Source of the DNA: the human T2T-CHM13v2.0 reference genome, Homo sapiens
Reading direction: 5' to 3' (one strand)
Length of the DNA: 64,000 nucleotides
Assembly (NCBI RefSeq): GCF_009914755.1
Contig: NC_060947.1
The notes under the pieces: generated by a model
Told to the model about the DNA's origin: nothing
What the model saw: only the letters and a program-made list of their open reading frames with translations
Database searches by the model: none
Shown: piece by piece, positions 39,421-51,400 of the stretch
How the letters are laid out: every line of letters starts with the position of its first letter
How positions within the stretch are numbered: position 1 is the stretch's first letter
Made by a program: the position numbers and the translations under genes

Positions 39421-42400
39421 GAAAAGGAGTGTTTCATAGCTGCTCTTTCAAAAGGAAAGTTCAACTCTGGGAGTTGAATACAAACATCACAAAGTAGTTT
39501 CCGAGAATGCTTCTGTTTAGTTTTTATGTGAAGATGATCCCGTTTCCAGTGAAATCTTCAAAGAGGTCCACATATCCCCTTGCAGATTCCAAAGAAAGAG
39601 GGTTTCAAAACTGCTCCATCAGAAGGATTGTTCAACTCTGTGAGTTGAATGCAGTCATCGCAGAAAACTTTCTGAGAATGCTTCTGTCTAGGTTTGATGT
39701 GAAGATATAGACGTTTCAAACGAAGGCTACAAAGTGGTCAAAATATACACTTGCAGATTCTACTACAAGGGTGTTGCAAACCTGAACTATCAAAGGAAGG
39801 TTCAACTCTGTGAGTTGAATACAAACATCACAAAGAATGTTCTGAGTTTGCTTCCGTTCAGTTATGGGAAGTTGATCCCGTTTCCAACGAAATCCTCAGA
39901 GAGGTCCAAATATCCCCTTGCAGATTCTACAAAACGTGTGTTTGGAAACTGCTCCATCATAACGAATGTTCAGCTCCCTGAGTTAAACTCCATCGTCACA
40001 AAGAATTTTCTGAGAGTGCTACCGTCTGGTTTTTATATGAAGTTCTTTCCTTCACTACCACAGGCCTCAAAGCGGTCCAAATCTCCACTTGCAGATTCTA
40101 CAAAAGGAGTGTTTGCAAACTGCTCTATCAAAAGGAATGTTCAACTCTGGGAGTTGAATGCAATCATCACAGAGCAGTTTCTGAGAATGCTTCTATGTCG
40201 TTTTTAGGAGAAGATATTTCCTTTTCCAACACAGTCCTCCAAGCCCGCTAAATAGCCACTTGCACATTGTAGAAAAAGTGTGTCAAAGCTGCGCTATCAA
40301 AGGGAAAGTTCAACTCTGTGAGGTGAATGCAAACATCCCAAAGAAGTTTCTGAGAATGCTTCCGTTTAGCTTTTAGGTGAAGATTATCCCGTTTCCAACG
40401 AAACCTTCAAAGAGGTCCAAATATCCCCTTGCGGATCCCACAGAAAGAGTGTTTCGAAACTGCTGTTTCAAAAGGAATCTTCAACTCTGTGAGTTGAATG
40501 CAATCATCACAAAGAAGTTTCTGACAATGCTTCTCTCTCGTCTTTCTGTGAAGATAAAGGAAAAGGCTTTCAGGCCTTTGCCACCACAGGCCTGAAAGCG
40601 CTCCAAATGTCCACTTGCAGATTCTGCCAAAAGAATATTTCAAAACTGCTCTATGAAAAGCAATGTTAAACTCTGTGGCTGGAACACAAACATCACAAAG
40701 CGGTTTCTGAGAATGTTTCAGTTTAGTTTTTCTGTGGAAATATTCCCGTTTCCAAAGAAATCTTCAAAGAGGTCCACGTATCCACTTACAGATTCTACAA
40801 AAAGACAGTTTCAAAACTGCTCCATCAAAAGGAGGGTTCAACCGTGTGACTTGAATGCAATCATCACTCAGAAGTTTCTGAGAATGCTTCTCTTTAGTTT
40901 TTACGTGAACATATACCCGTTTCGAACGAAGGCCACCCAGTGGTCCAAATATCCACTTGCAGATTCTACAGAAAGAGTGTTTCGAACCTGAACTCTCAAA
41001 GGCAGGTTCATCTCTGCGAGTTAAATGCATTCATCATGAAGAACTTTCTCAGAGTGTTTGTGTTTAGTTATGGGAAATTATTCCCGTTTCCAACGAAATC
41101 CTCAGAGAGCTCCAAATATCCACCTGCAGATTCTACCAAAAGTGTATTTGGAAACTGCTCCATCAAAAGGCATGTTCAGCTCTGTGAGTGAAACTCCATC
41201 ATCACAACGAATATTCTGAGAATGCTTCCGTTTACCTTTTATATGAAGTTCCTTCCTATACGACCGTAGGCCTCAAAGCAGTCCAAATCTCCATTTGCAG
41301 ATTCTACAAAAAGAGTGATTCCAATCTGCTCTATCAATAGGATTGTTCAACTCCATGAGTTGAATGCCATCCTCACAAAGTAGTTTCTGAGAATGCTTCT
41401 ATCTAGTTTTTATGTGAAGATATTTCCTTTTCCACCACAGGCCTCAAAGCCCTCCAAACGTCCACTTGCAGATTCTCGAAAAAGAGTGTTTCATAGCTGC
41501 TCTTTCAAAAGGAAAGTTCAACTCTGGGAGTTGAATACAAACATCACAAAGTAGTTTCCGAGAATGCTTCTGTTTAGTTTTTATGTGAAGATGATCCCGT
41601 TTCCAGTGAAATCTTCAAAGAGGTCCACATATCCCCTTGCAGATTCCAAAGAAAGAGGGTTTCAAAACTGCTCCATCAAAAGGATTGTTCAACTCTGTGA
41701 GTTGAATGCAGTCATCGCAGAAAACTTTCTGAGAATGCTTCTGTCTAGGTTTGATGTGAAGATATAGACGTTTCAAATGAAGGCTACAAAGTGGTCAAAA
41801 TATACACTTGCAGATTCTACTACAAGGGTGTTGCAAACCTGAACTATCAAAGGAAGGTTCAACTCTGTGAGTTGAATACAAACATCACAAAGAATGTTCT
41901 GAGTTTGCTTCCGTTCAGTTATGGGAAGTTGATCCCGTTTCCAACGAAATCCTCAGAGAGGTCCAAATATCCCCTTGCAGATTCTACAAAACGTGTGTTT
42001 GGAAACTGCTCCATCATAACGAATGTTCAGCTCCCTGAGTTAAACTCCATCGTCACAAAGAATTTTCTGAGAGTGCTACCGTCTGGTTTTTATATGAAGT
42101 TCTTTCCTTCACTACCACAGGCCTCAAAGCGGTCCAAATCTCCACTTGCAGATTCTACAAAAAGAGTGTTTGCAAACTGCTCTATCAAAAGGAATGTTCA
42201 ACTCTGGGAGTTGAATGCAATCATCACAGAGCAGTTTCTGAGAATGCTTCTATGTCGTTTTTAGAAGATATTTCCTTTTCCAACACAGTCCTCCAAGCCC
42301 GCTAAATAGCCACTTGCACATTGTAGAAAAAGTGTGTCAAAGCTGCGCTATCAAAGGGAAAGTTCAACTCTGTGAGGTGAATGCAAACATCCCAAAGAAG

Positions 42401-45400
42401 TTTCTGAGAATGCTTCCGTTTAGCTTTTAGGTGAAGATTATCCCGTTTCCAACGAAACCTTCAAAGAGGTCCAAATATCCCCTTGCGGATCCCACAGAAA
42501 GAGTGGTTCGAAACTGCTGTTTCAAAAGGAATCTTCAACTCTGTGAGTTGAATGCAATCATCACAAAGAAGTTTCTGACAATGCTTCTCTCTCGTCTTTC
42601 TGTGAAGATAAAGGAAAAGGCTTTCAGGCCTTTGCCACCACAGGCCTGAAAGCGCTCCAAATGTCCACTTGCAGATTCTGCGAAAAGAATATTTCAAAAC
42701 TGCTCTATGAAAAGCAATGTTAAACTCTGTGGCTCGAACACAAACATCACAAAGCGGTTTTTGAGAATGTTTCAGTTTAGTTTTTCTGTGGAAATATTCC
42801 CGTTTCCAAAGAAATCTTCAAAGAGGTCCACGTATCCACTTACAGATTCTACAAAAAGACAGTTTCAAAACTGCTCCATCAAAAGGAGGGTTCAACTGTG
42901 TGACTTGAATGCAATCATCACTCAGAAGTTTCTGAGAATGCTTCTCTTTAGTTTTTACGTGAACATATACCCGTTTCGAACGAAGGCCAGCCAGTGGTCC
43001 AAATATCCACTTGCAGATTCTACAGAAAGAGTGTTTCGAACCTGAACTCTCAAAGGCAGGTTCATCTCTGCGAGTTGAATGCATTCATCATGAAGAACTT
43101 TCTCAGAGTGTTTGTGTTTAGTTATGGGAAATTATTCCCGTTTCCAACGAAATCCTCAGAGAGCTCCAAATATCCACCTGCAGATTCTACCAAAAGTGTA
43201 TTTGGAAACTGCTCCATCAAAAGGCATGTTCAGCTCTGTGAGTGAAACTCCATCATCACAAAGAATATTCTGAGAATGCTTCCGTTTGCCTTTTATATGA
43301 AGTTCCTTCCTGTACTACCGTAGGCCTCAAAGCAGTCCAAATCTCCATTTGCAGATTCTACAAAAAGAGTGATTCCAATCTGCTCTATCAATAGGATTGT
43401 TCAACTCCATGAGTTGAATGCCATCCTCACAAAGTAGTTTCTGAGAATGCTTCTATCTGGTTTTTGTGTGAAGATATTTCCTTTCCCACCACAGGCCTCA
43501 AAGCCCTCCAAACGTCCACTTGCAGATTCTCGAAAAAGAGTGTTTCATAGCTGCTCTTTCAAAAGGAAAGTTCAACTCTGGGAGTTGAATACAAACATCA
43601 CAAAATAGTTTCCGAGAATGCTTCTGTTTAGTTCTTATGTGAAGATGATCCCGTTTCCAGTGAAATCTTCAAAGAGGTCCACATATCCCCTTGCAGATTC
43701 CAAAGAAAGAGGGTTTCAAAACTGCTCCATCAAAAGGATTGTTCAACTCTGTGAGTTGAATGCAGTCATCGCAGAAAACTTTCTGAGAATGCTTCTGTCT
43801 AGGTTTGATGTGAAGATATAGACGTTTCAAACGAAGGCTACAAAGTGGTCAAAATATACACTTGCAGATTCTACTACAAGGGTGTTGCAAACCTGAACTA
43901 TCAAAGGAAGGTTCAACTCTGTGGGTTGAATACAAACATCACAAAGAATGTTCTGAGTTTGCTTCCGTTCAGTTATGGGAAGTTGATCCCCTTCCCAACG
44001 AAATCCTCAGAGAGGTCCAAATATCCCCTTGCAGATTCTACAAAACGTGTGTTTGGAAACTGCTCCATCATAACGAATGTTCAGCTCTCTGAGTTAAACT
44101 CCATCGTCACAAAGAATTTTCTGAGAGTGCTACCGTCTAGTTTTTATATGAAGTTCTTTCCTTTACTACCACAGGCCTCAAAGCGGTCCAAATCTCCACT
44201 TGCAGATTCTACAAAAAGAGTGTCTGCAAACTGCTCTATCAAAAGGAATGTTCAACTCTGGGAGTTGAATGCAATCATCACAGAGCAGTTTCTGAGAAGG
44301 CTTCTATGTCGTTTTTAGGAGAAGATATTTCCTTTTCCAACACAGTCCTCCAAGCCCGCTAAATATCCACTTGCACATTGTAGAAAAAGTGTGTCGAAGC
44401 TGCGCTATCAAAGGGAAAGTTCAACTCTGTGAGGTGAATGCAAACATCCCAAAGAAGTTTCTGAGAATGCTTCCGTTTAGCTTTTAGGTGAAGATTATCC
44501 CGTTTCCAACGAAAGCTTCAAAGAGGTCCAAATATCCCCTTGCGGATCCCACAGAAAGAGTGTTTCGAAACTGCTGTTTCAAAAGGAATCTTCAACTCTG
44601 TGAGTTGAATGCAATCATCACAAAGAAGTTTCTGACAATGCTTCTCTCTCGTCTTTCTGTGAAGATAAAGGAAAAGGCTTTCAGGTCTTTTCCACCACAG
44701 GCCTGAAAGCGCTCCAAATGTCCACTTGCAGATTCTGCCAAAAGAATATTTCAAAACTGCTCTATGAAAAGCAATGTTAAACTCTGCGGCTCGAACACAA
44801 ACATCACAAAACAGTTTCTGAGAATGCTTCAGTTTAGTTTTTCTGTGGAAATATTCCCGTTTCCAAAGAAATCTTCAAAGAGGTCCACGTATCCACTTAC
44901 AGATTCTACAAAAAGACAGTTTCAAAACTGCTCAATCAAAAGGAGGGTTCAACTGTGTGACTTGAATGCAATCATCACTCAGAAGTTTCTGAGAATGCTT
45001 CTCTTTAGTTTTTACGTGAACATATACCCGTTTCGAACGAAGGCCACCCAGTGGTCCAAATATCCACTTGCAGATTCTACAGAAAGAGTGTTTCGAACCT
45101 GAACTCTCAAAGGCAGGTTCATCTCTGCGAGTTAAATGCATTCGTCATGAAGAACTTTCTCAGCGTGTTTGTGTTTAGTTATGGGAAATTATTCCCGTTC
45201 CCAAAGAAATCCTCAGAGAGGTCCAAATGTCCACCTGCAGATTCTACCAAAAGTGTATTTGGAAACTGCTCCATCAACAGGCATGTTCAGCTCTGTGAGT
45301 GAAACTCCATCATCACAAAGAATATTCTGAGAATGCTTCCGTTTGCCTTTTATATGAAGTTCCTTCCTATACGACCGTAGGCCTCAAAGCAGTCCAAATC

Positions 45401-48400
45401 TCCATTTGCAGATTCTACAAAAAGAGTGATTCCAATCTGCTCTATCAATAGGATTGTTCAACTCCATGAGTTGAATGCCATCCTCACAAAGTCGTTTCTG
45501 AGAATGCTTCTATCTAGTTTTTATGTGAAGATATTTCCTTTTCCACCACAGGCCTCAAAGCCCTCCAAACGTCCACTTGCAGATTCTCGAAAAAGAGTGT
45601 TTCATAGCTGCTCTTTCAAAAGGAAAGTTCAACTCTGGGAGTTGAATACAAACATCACAAAGTAGTTTCCGAGAATGCTTCTGTTTAGTTCTTATGTGAA
45701 GATGATCCCGTTTCCAGTGAAATCTTCAAAGAGGTCCACATATCCCCTTGCAGATTCCAAAGAAAGAGGGTTTCAAAACTGCTCCATCAAAAGGATTGTT
45801 CAACTCTGTGAGTTGAATGCAGTCATCGCAGAAAACTTTCTGAGAATGCTTCTGTCTAGGTTTGATGTGAAGTTATAGACGTTTAAAACGAAGGCTACAA
45901 AGTGGTCAAAACATACACTTACAGATTCTACTACAAGGGTGTTGCAAACCTGAACTATCAAAGGAAGGTTCAACTCTGTGGGTTGAATACAAACATCGCA
46001 AAGAATGTTCTGAGTTTGCTTCCGTTCAGTTATGGGAAGTTGATCCCGTTTACAACGAAATCCTCAGAGAGGTCCAAATATCCCCTTGCAGATTCTTCAA
46101 AACGTGTGTTTGGAAACTGCTCCATCATAACGAATGTTCAGCTCCCTGAGTTAAACTCCATCGTCACAAAGAATTTTCTGAGAGTGCTACCGTCTAGTTT
46201 TTATATGAAGTTCTTTCCTTTACTACCACAGGCCTCAAAGCGGTCCAAATCTCCACTTGCAGATTCTACAAAAAGAGTGTCTGCAAACTGCTCTATCAAA
46301 AGGAATGTTCAACTCTGGGAATTGAATGCAATCATCACAGAGCAGTTTCTGAGAATGCTTCTATGTCGTTTTTAGGAGAAGATATTTCCTTTTCCAACAC
46401 AGTCTTCCAAGCCCGCTTAATAGCCACTTGCACATTGTAGAAAAAGTGTGTCGAAGCTGCGCTATCAAAGGGAAAGTTCAACTCTGTGAGGTGAATGCAA
46501 ACATCCCAAAGAAGTTTCTGAGAATGCTTCCGTTTAGCTTTTAGGTGAAGATTATCCCGTTTCCAACGAAACCTTCAAAGAGGTCCAAATATCCCCTTGC
46601 GGATCCCACAGAAAGAGTGTTTCGAAACTGCTGTTTCAAAAGGAATCTTCAACTCTGTGAGTTGAATGCAATCATCACAAAGAAGTTTCTGACAATGCTT
46701 CTCTCTCGTCTTTCTGTGAACATAAAGGAAAAGGCGTTCAGGCCTTTGCCACCACAGGCCTGAAAGCGCTCCAAATGTCCACTTGCAGATTCTGCCAAAA
46801 GAATATTTCAAAACTGCTCTATGAAAAGCAATGTTAAACTCTGTGGCTCGAACACAAACATCACAAAGCGGTTTCTGAGAATGCTTCAGTTTAGTTTTTC
46901 TGTGGAAATATTCCCGTTTCCAAAGAAATCTTCAAAGACGTCCACGTATCCACTTACAGATTCTACAAAAAGACAGTTTCAAAACTGCTCCATCAAAAGG
47001 AGGGTTCAACTGTGTGACTTGAATGCAATCATCACTCAGAAGTTTCTGAGAATGCTTCTCTTTAGTTTTTACGTGAACATATACCCGTTTCGAACGAAGG
47101 CCACCCAGTGGTCCAAATATCCACTTGCAGATTATACAGAAAGAGTGTTTCGAACCTGAACTCTCAAAGGCAGGTTCATCTCTGTGAGTTAAATGCATTC
47201 ATCATGAAGAACTTTCTCAGAGTGTTTGTGTTTAGTTATGGGAAATTATTCCCGTTTCCAACGAAATCCTCAGAGAGCTCCAAATATCCACCTGCAGATT
47301 CTACCAAAAGTGTATTTGGAAACTGCTCCATCAAAAGGCATGTTCAGCTCTGTGAGTGAAACTCCATCATCACAAAGAATATTCTGAGAATGCTTCCGTT
47401 TGCCTTTTATATGAAGTTCCTTCCTGTACTACCGTAGGCCTCAAAGCAGTCCAAATCTCCATTTGCAGATTCTATAAAAAGAGTGATTCCAATCTGCTCT
47501 ATCAATAGGATTGTTCAACTCCATGAGTTGAATGCCATCCTCACAAAGTAGTTTCTGAGAATGCTTCTATCTGGTTTTTGTGTGAAGATATTTCCTTTTC
47601 CACCACAGGCCTCAAAGCCCTCCAAACGTCCACTTGCAGATTCTCGAAAAAGAGTGTTTCATAGCTGCTCTTTCAAAAGGAAAGTTCAACTCTGGGAGTT
47701 GAATACAAACATCACAAAGTAGTTTCCGAGAATGCTTCTGTTTAGTTTTTATGTGAAGATGATCCCGTTTCCAGTGAAATCTTCAAAGAGGTCCACATAT
47801 CCCCTTGCAGATTCCAAAGAAAGAGGGTTTCAAAACTGCTCCATCAGAAGGATTGTTCAACTCTGTGAGTTGAATGCAGTCATCGCAGAAAACTTTCTGA
47901 GAATGCTTCTGTCTAGGTTTGATGTGAAGATATAGACGTTTCAAACGAAGGCTACAAAGTGGTCAAAATATACACTTGCAGATTCTACTACAAGGGTGTT
48001 GCAAACCTGAACTATCAAAGGAAGGTTCAACTCTGTGAGTTGAATACAAACATCACAAAGAATGTTCTGAGTTTGCTTCCGTTCAGTTATGGGAAGTTGA
48101 TCCCGTTTCCAACGAAATCCTCAGAGAGGTCCAAATATCCCCTTGCAGATTCTACAAAACGTGTGTTTGGAAACTGCTCCATCATAACGAATGTTCAGCT
48201 CCCTGAGTTAAACTCCATCGTCACAAAGAATTTTCTGAGAGTGCTACCGTCTGGTTTTTATATGAAGTTCTTTCCTTCACTACCACAGGCCTCAAAGCGG
48301 TCCAAATCTCCACTTGCAGATTCTACAAAAAGAGTGTTTGCAAACTGCTCTATCAAAAGGAATGTTCAACTCTGGGAGTTGAATGCAATCATCACAGAGC

Positions 48401-51400
48401 AGTTTCTGAGAATGCTTCTATGTCGTTTTTAGGAGAAGATATTTCCTTTTCCAACACAGTCCTCCAAGCCCGCTAAATAGCCACTTGCACATTGTAGAAA
48501 AAGTGTGTCAAAGCTGCGCTATCAAAGGGAAAGTTCAACTCTGTGAGGTGAATGCAAACATCCCAAAGAAGTTTCTGAGAATGCTTCCGTTTAGCTTTTA
48601 GGTGAAGATTATCCCGTTTCCAACGAAACCTTCAAAGAGGTCCAAATATCCCCTTGCGGATCCCACAGAAAGAGTGTTTCGAAACTGCTGTTTCAAAAGG
48701 AATCTTCAACTCTGTGAGTTGAATGCAATCATCACAAAGAAGTTTCTGACAATGCTTCTCTCTCGTCTTTCTGTGAAGATAAAGGAAAAGGCTTTCAGGC
48801 CTTTGCCACCACAGGCCTGAAAGCGCTCCAAGTGTCCACTTGCAGATTCTGCGAAAAGAATATTTCAAAACTGCTCTATGAAAAGCAATGTTAAACTCTG
48901 TGGCTCGAACACAAACATCACAAAGCGGTTTCTGAGAATGCTTCAGTTTAGTTTTTCTGTGGAAATATTCCCGTTTCCAAAGAAATCTTCAAAGAGGTCC
49001 ACGTATCCACTTACAGATTCTACAAAAAGACAGTTTCAAAACTGCTCCATCAAAAGGAGGGTTCAACTGTGTGACTTGAATGCAATCATCACTCAGAAGT
49101 TTCTGAGAATGCTTCTCTTTAGTTTTTACGTGAACATATACCCGTTTCGAACGAAGGCCACCCAGTGGTCCAAATATCCACTTGCAGATTCTACAGAAAG
49201 AGTGTTTCGAACCTGAACTCTCAAAGGCAGGTTCATCTCTGCGAGTTAAATGCATTCATCATGAAGAACTTTCTCAGAGTGTTTGTGTTTAGTTATGGGA
49301 AATTATTCCCGTTTCCAACGAAATCCTCAGAGAGCTCCAAATATCCACCTGCAGATTCTACCAAAAGTGTATTTGGAAACTGCTCCATCAAAAGGCATGT
49401 TCACCTCTGTGAGTGAAACTCCATCATCACAAAGAATATTCTGAGAATGCTTCCGTTTGCCTTTTATATGAAGTTCCTTCCTGTACTACCGTAGGCCTCA
49501 AAGCAGTCCAAATCTCCATTTGCAGATTCTATGAAAAGAGTGATTCCAATCTGCTCTATCAATAGGATTGTTCAATTCCATGAGTTGAATGCCATCCTCA
49601 CAAAGTAGTTTCTGAGAATGCTTCTATCTGGTTTTTGTGTGAAGATATTTCCTTTTCCACCACAGGCCTCAAAGCCCTCCAAACGTCCACTTGCAGATTC
49701 TCGAAAAAGAGTGTTTCATAGCTGCTCTTTCAAAAGGAAAGTTCAACTCTGGGAGTTGAATACAAACATCACAAAGTAGTTTCCGAGAATGCTTCTGTTT
49801 AGTTTTTATGTGAAGATGATCCCGTTTCCAGTGAAATCTTCAAAGAGGTCCACATATCCCCTTGCAGATTCCAAAGAAAGAGGGTTTCAAAACTGCTCCA
49901 TCAGAAGGATTGTTCAACTCTGTGAGTTGAATGCAGTCATCGCAGAAAACTTTCTGAGAATGCTTCTGGCTAGGTTTGATGTGAAGATATAGACGTTTCA
50001 AACGAAGGCTACAAAGTGGTCAAAATATACACTTGCAGATTCTACTACAAGGGTGTTGCAAACCTGAACTATCAAAGGAAGGTTCAACTCTGTGAGTTGA
50101 ATACAAACATCACAAAGAATGTTCTGAGTTTGCTTCCGTTCAGTTATGGGAAGTTGATCCCGTTTCCAACGAAATCCTCAGAGAGGTCCAAATATCCCCT
50201 CGCAGATTCTACAAAACGTGTGTTTGGAAACTGCTCCATCATAACGAATGTTCAGCTCCCTGAGTTAAACTCCATCGTCACAAAGAATTTTCTGAGAGTG
50301 CTACCGTCTGGTTTTTATATGAAGTTCTTTCCTTCACTACCACAGGCCTCAAAGCGGTCCAAATCTCCACTTGCAGATTCTACAAAAAGAGTGTTTGCAA
50401 ACTGCTCTATCAAAAGGAATGTTCAACTCTGGGAGTTGAATGCAATCATCACAGAGCAGTTTCTGAGAATGCTTCTATGTCGTTTTTAGAAGATATTTCC
50501 TTTTCCAACACAGTCCTCCAAGCCCGCTAAATAGCCACTTGCACATTGTAGAAAAAGTGTGTCAAAGCTGCGCTATCAAAGGGAAAGTTCAACTCTGTGA
50601 GGTGAATGCAAACATCCCAAAGAAGTTTCTGAGAATGCTTCCGTTTAGCTTTTAGGTGAAGATTATCCCGTTTCCAACGAAACCTTCAAAGAGGTCCAAA
50701 TATCCCCTTGCGGATCCCACAGAAAGAGTGTTTCGAAACTGCTGTTTCAAAAGGAATCTTCAACTCTGTGAGTTGAATGCAATCATCACAAAGAAGTTTC
50801 TGACAAAGCTTCTCTCTCGTCTTTCTGTGAAGATAAAGGAAAAGGCTTTCAGGCCTTTGCCACCACAGGCCTGAAAGCGCTCCAAATGTCCACTTGCAGA
50901 TTCTGCGAAAAGAATATTTCAAAACTGCTCTATGAAAAGCAATGTTAAACTCTGTGGCTCGAACACAAACATCACAAAGCGGTTTCTGAGAATGCTTCAG
51001 TTTAGTTTTTCTGTGGAAATATTCCCGTTTCCAAAGAAATCTTCAAAGAGGTCCACGTATCCACTTACAGATTCTACAAAAAGACAGTTTCAAAACTGCT
51101 CCATCAAAAGGAGGGTTCAACCGTGTGACTTGAATGCAATCATCACTCAGAAGTTTCTGAGAATGCTTCTCTTTAGTTTTTACGTGAACATATACCCGTT
51201 TCGAACGAAGGCCACCCAGTGGTCCAAATATCCACTTGCAGATTATACAGAAAGAGTGTTTCGAACCTGAACTCTCAAAGGCAGGTTCATCTCTGCGAGT
51301 TAAATGCATTCATCATGAAGAACTTTCTCAGAGTGTTTGTGTTTAGTTATGGGAAATTATTCCCGTTTCCAACGAAATCCTCAGAGAGCTCCAAATATCC

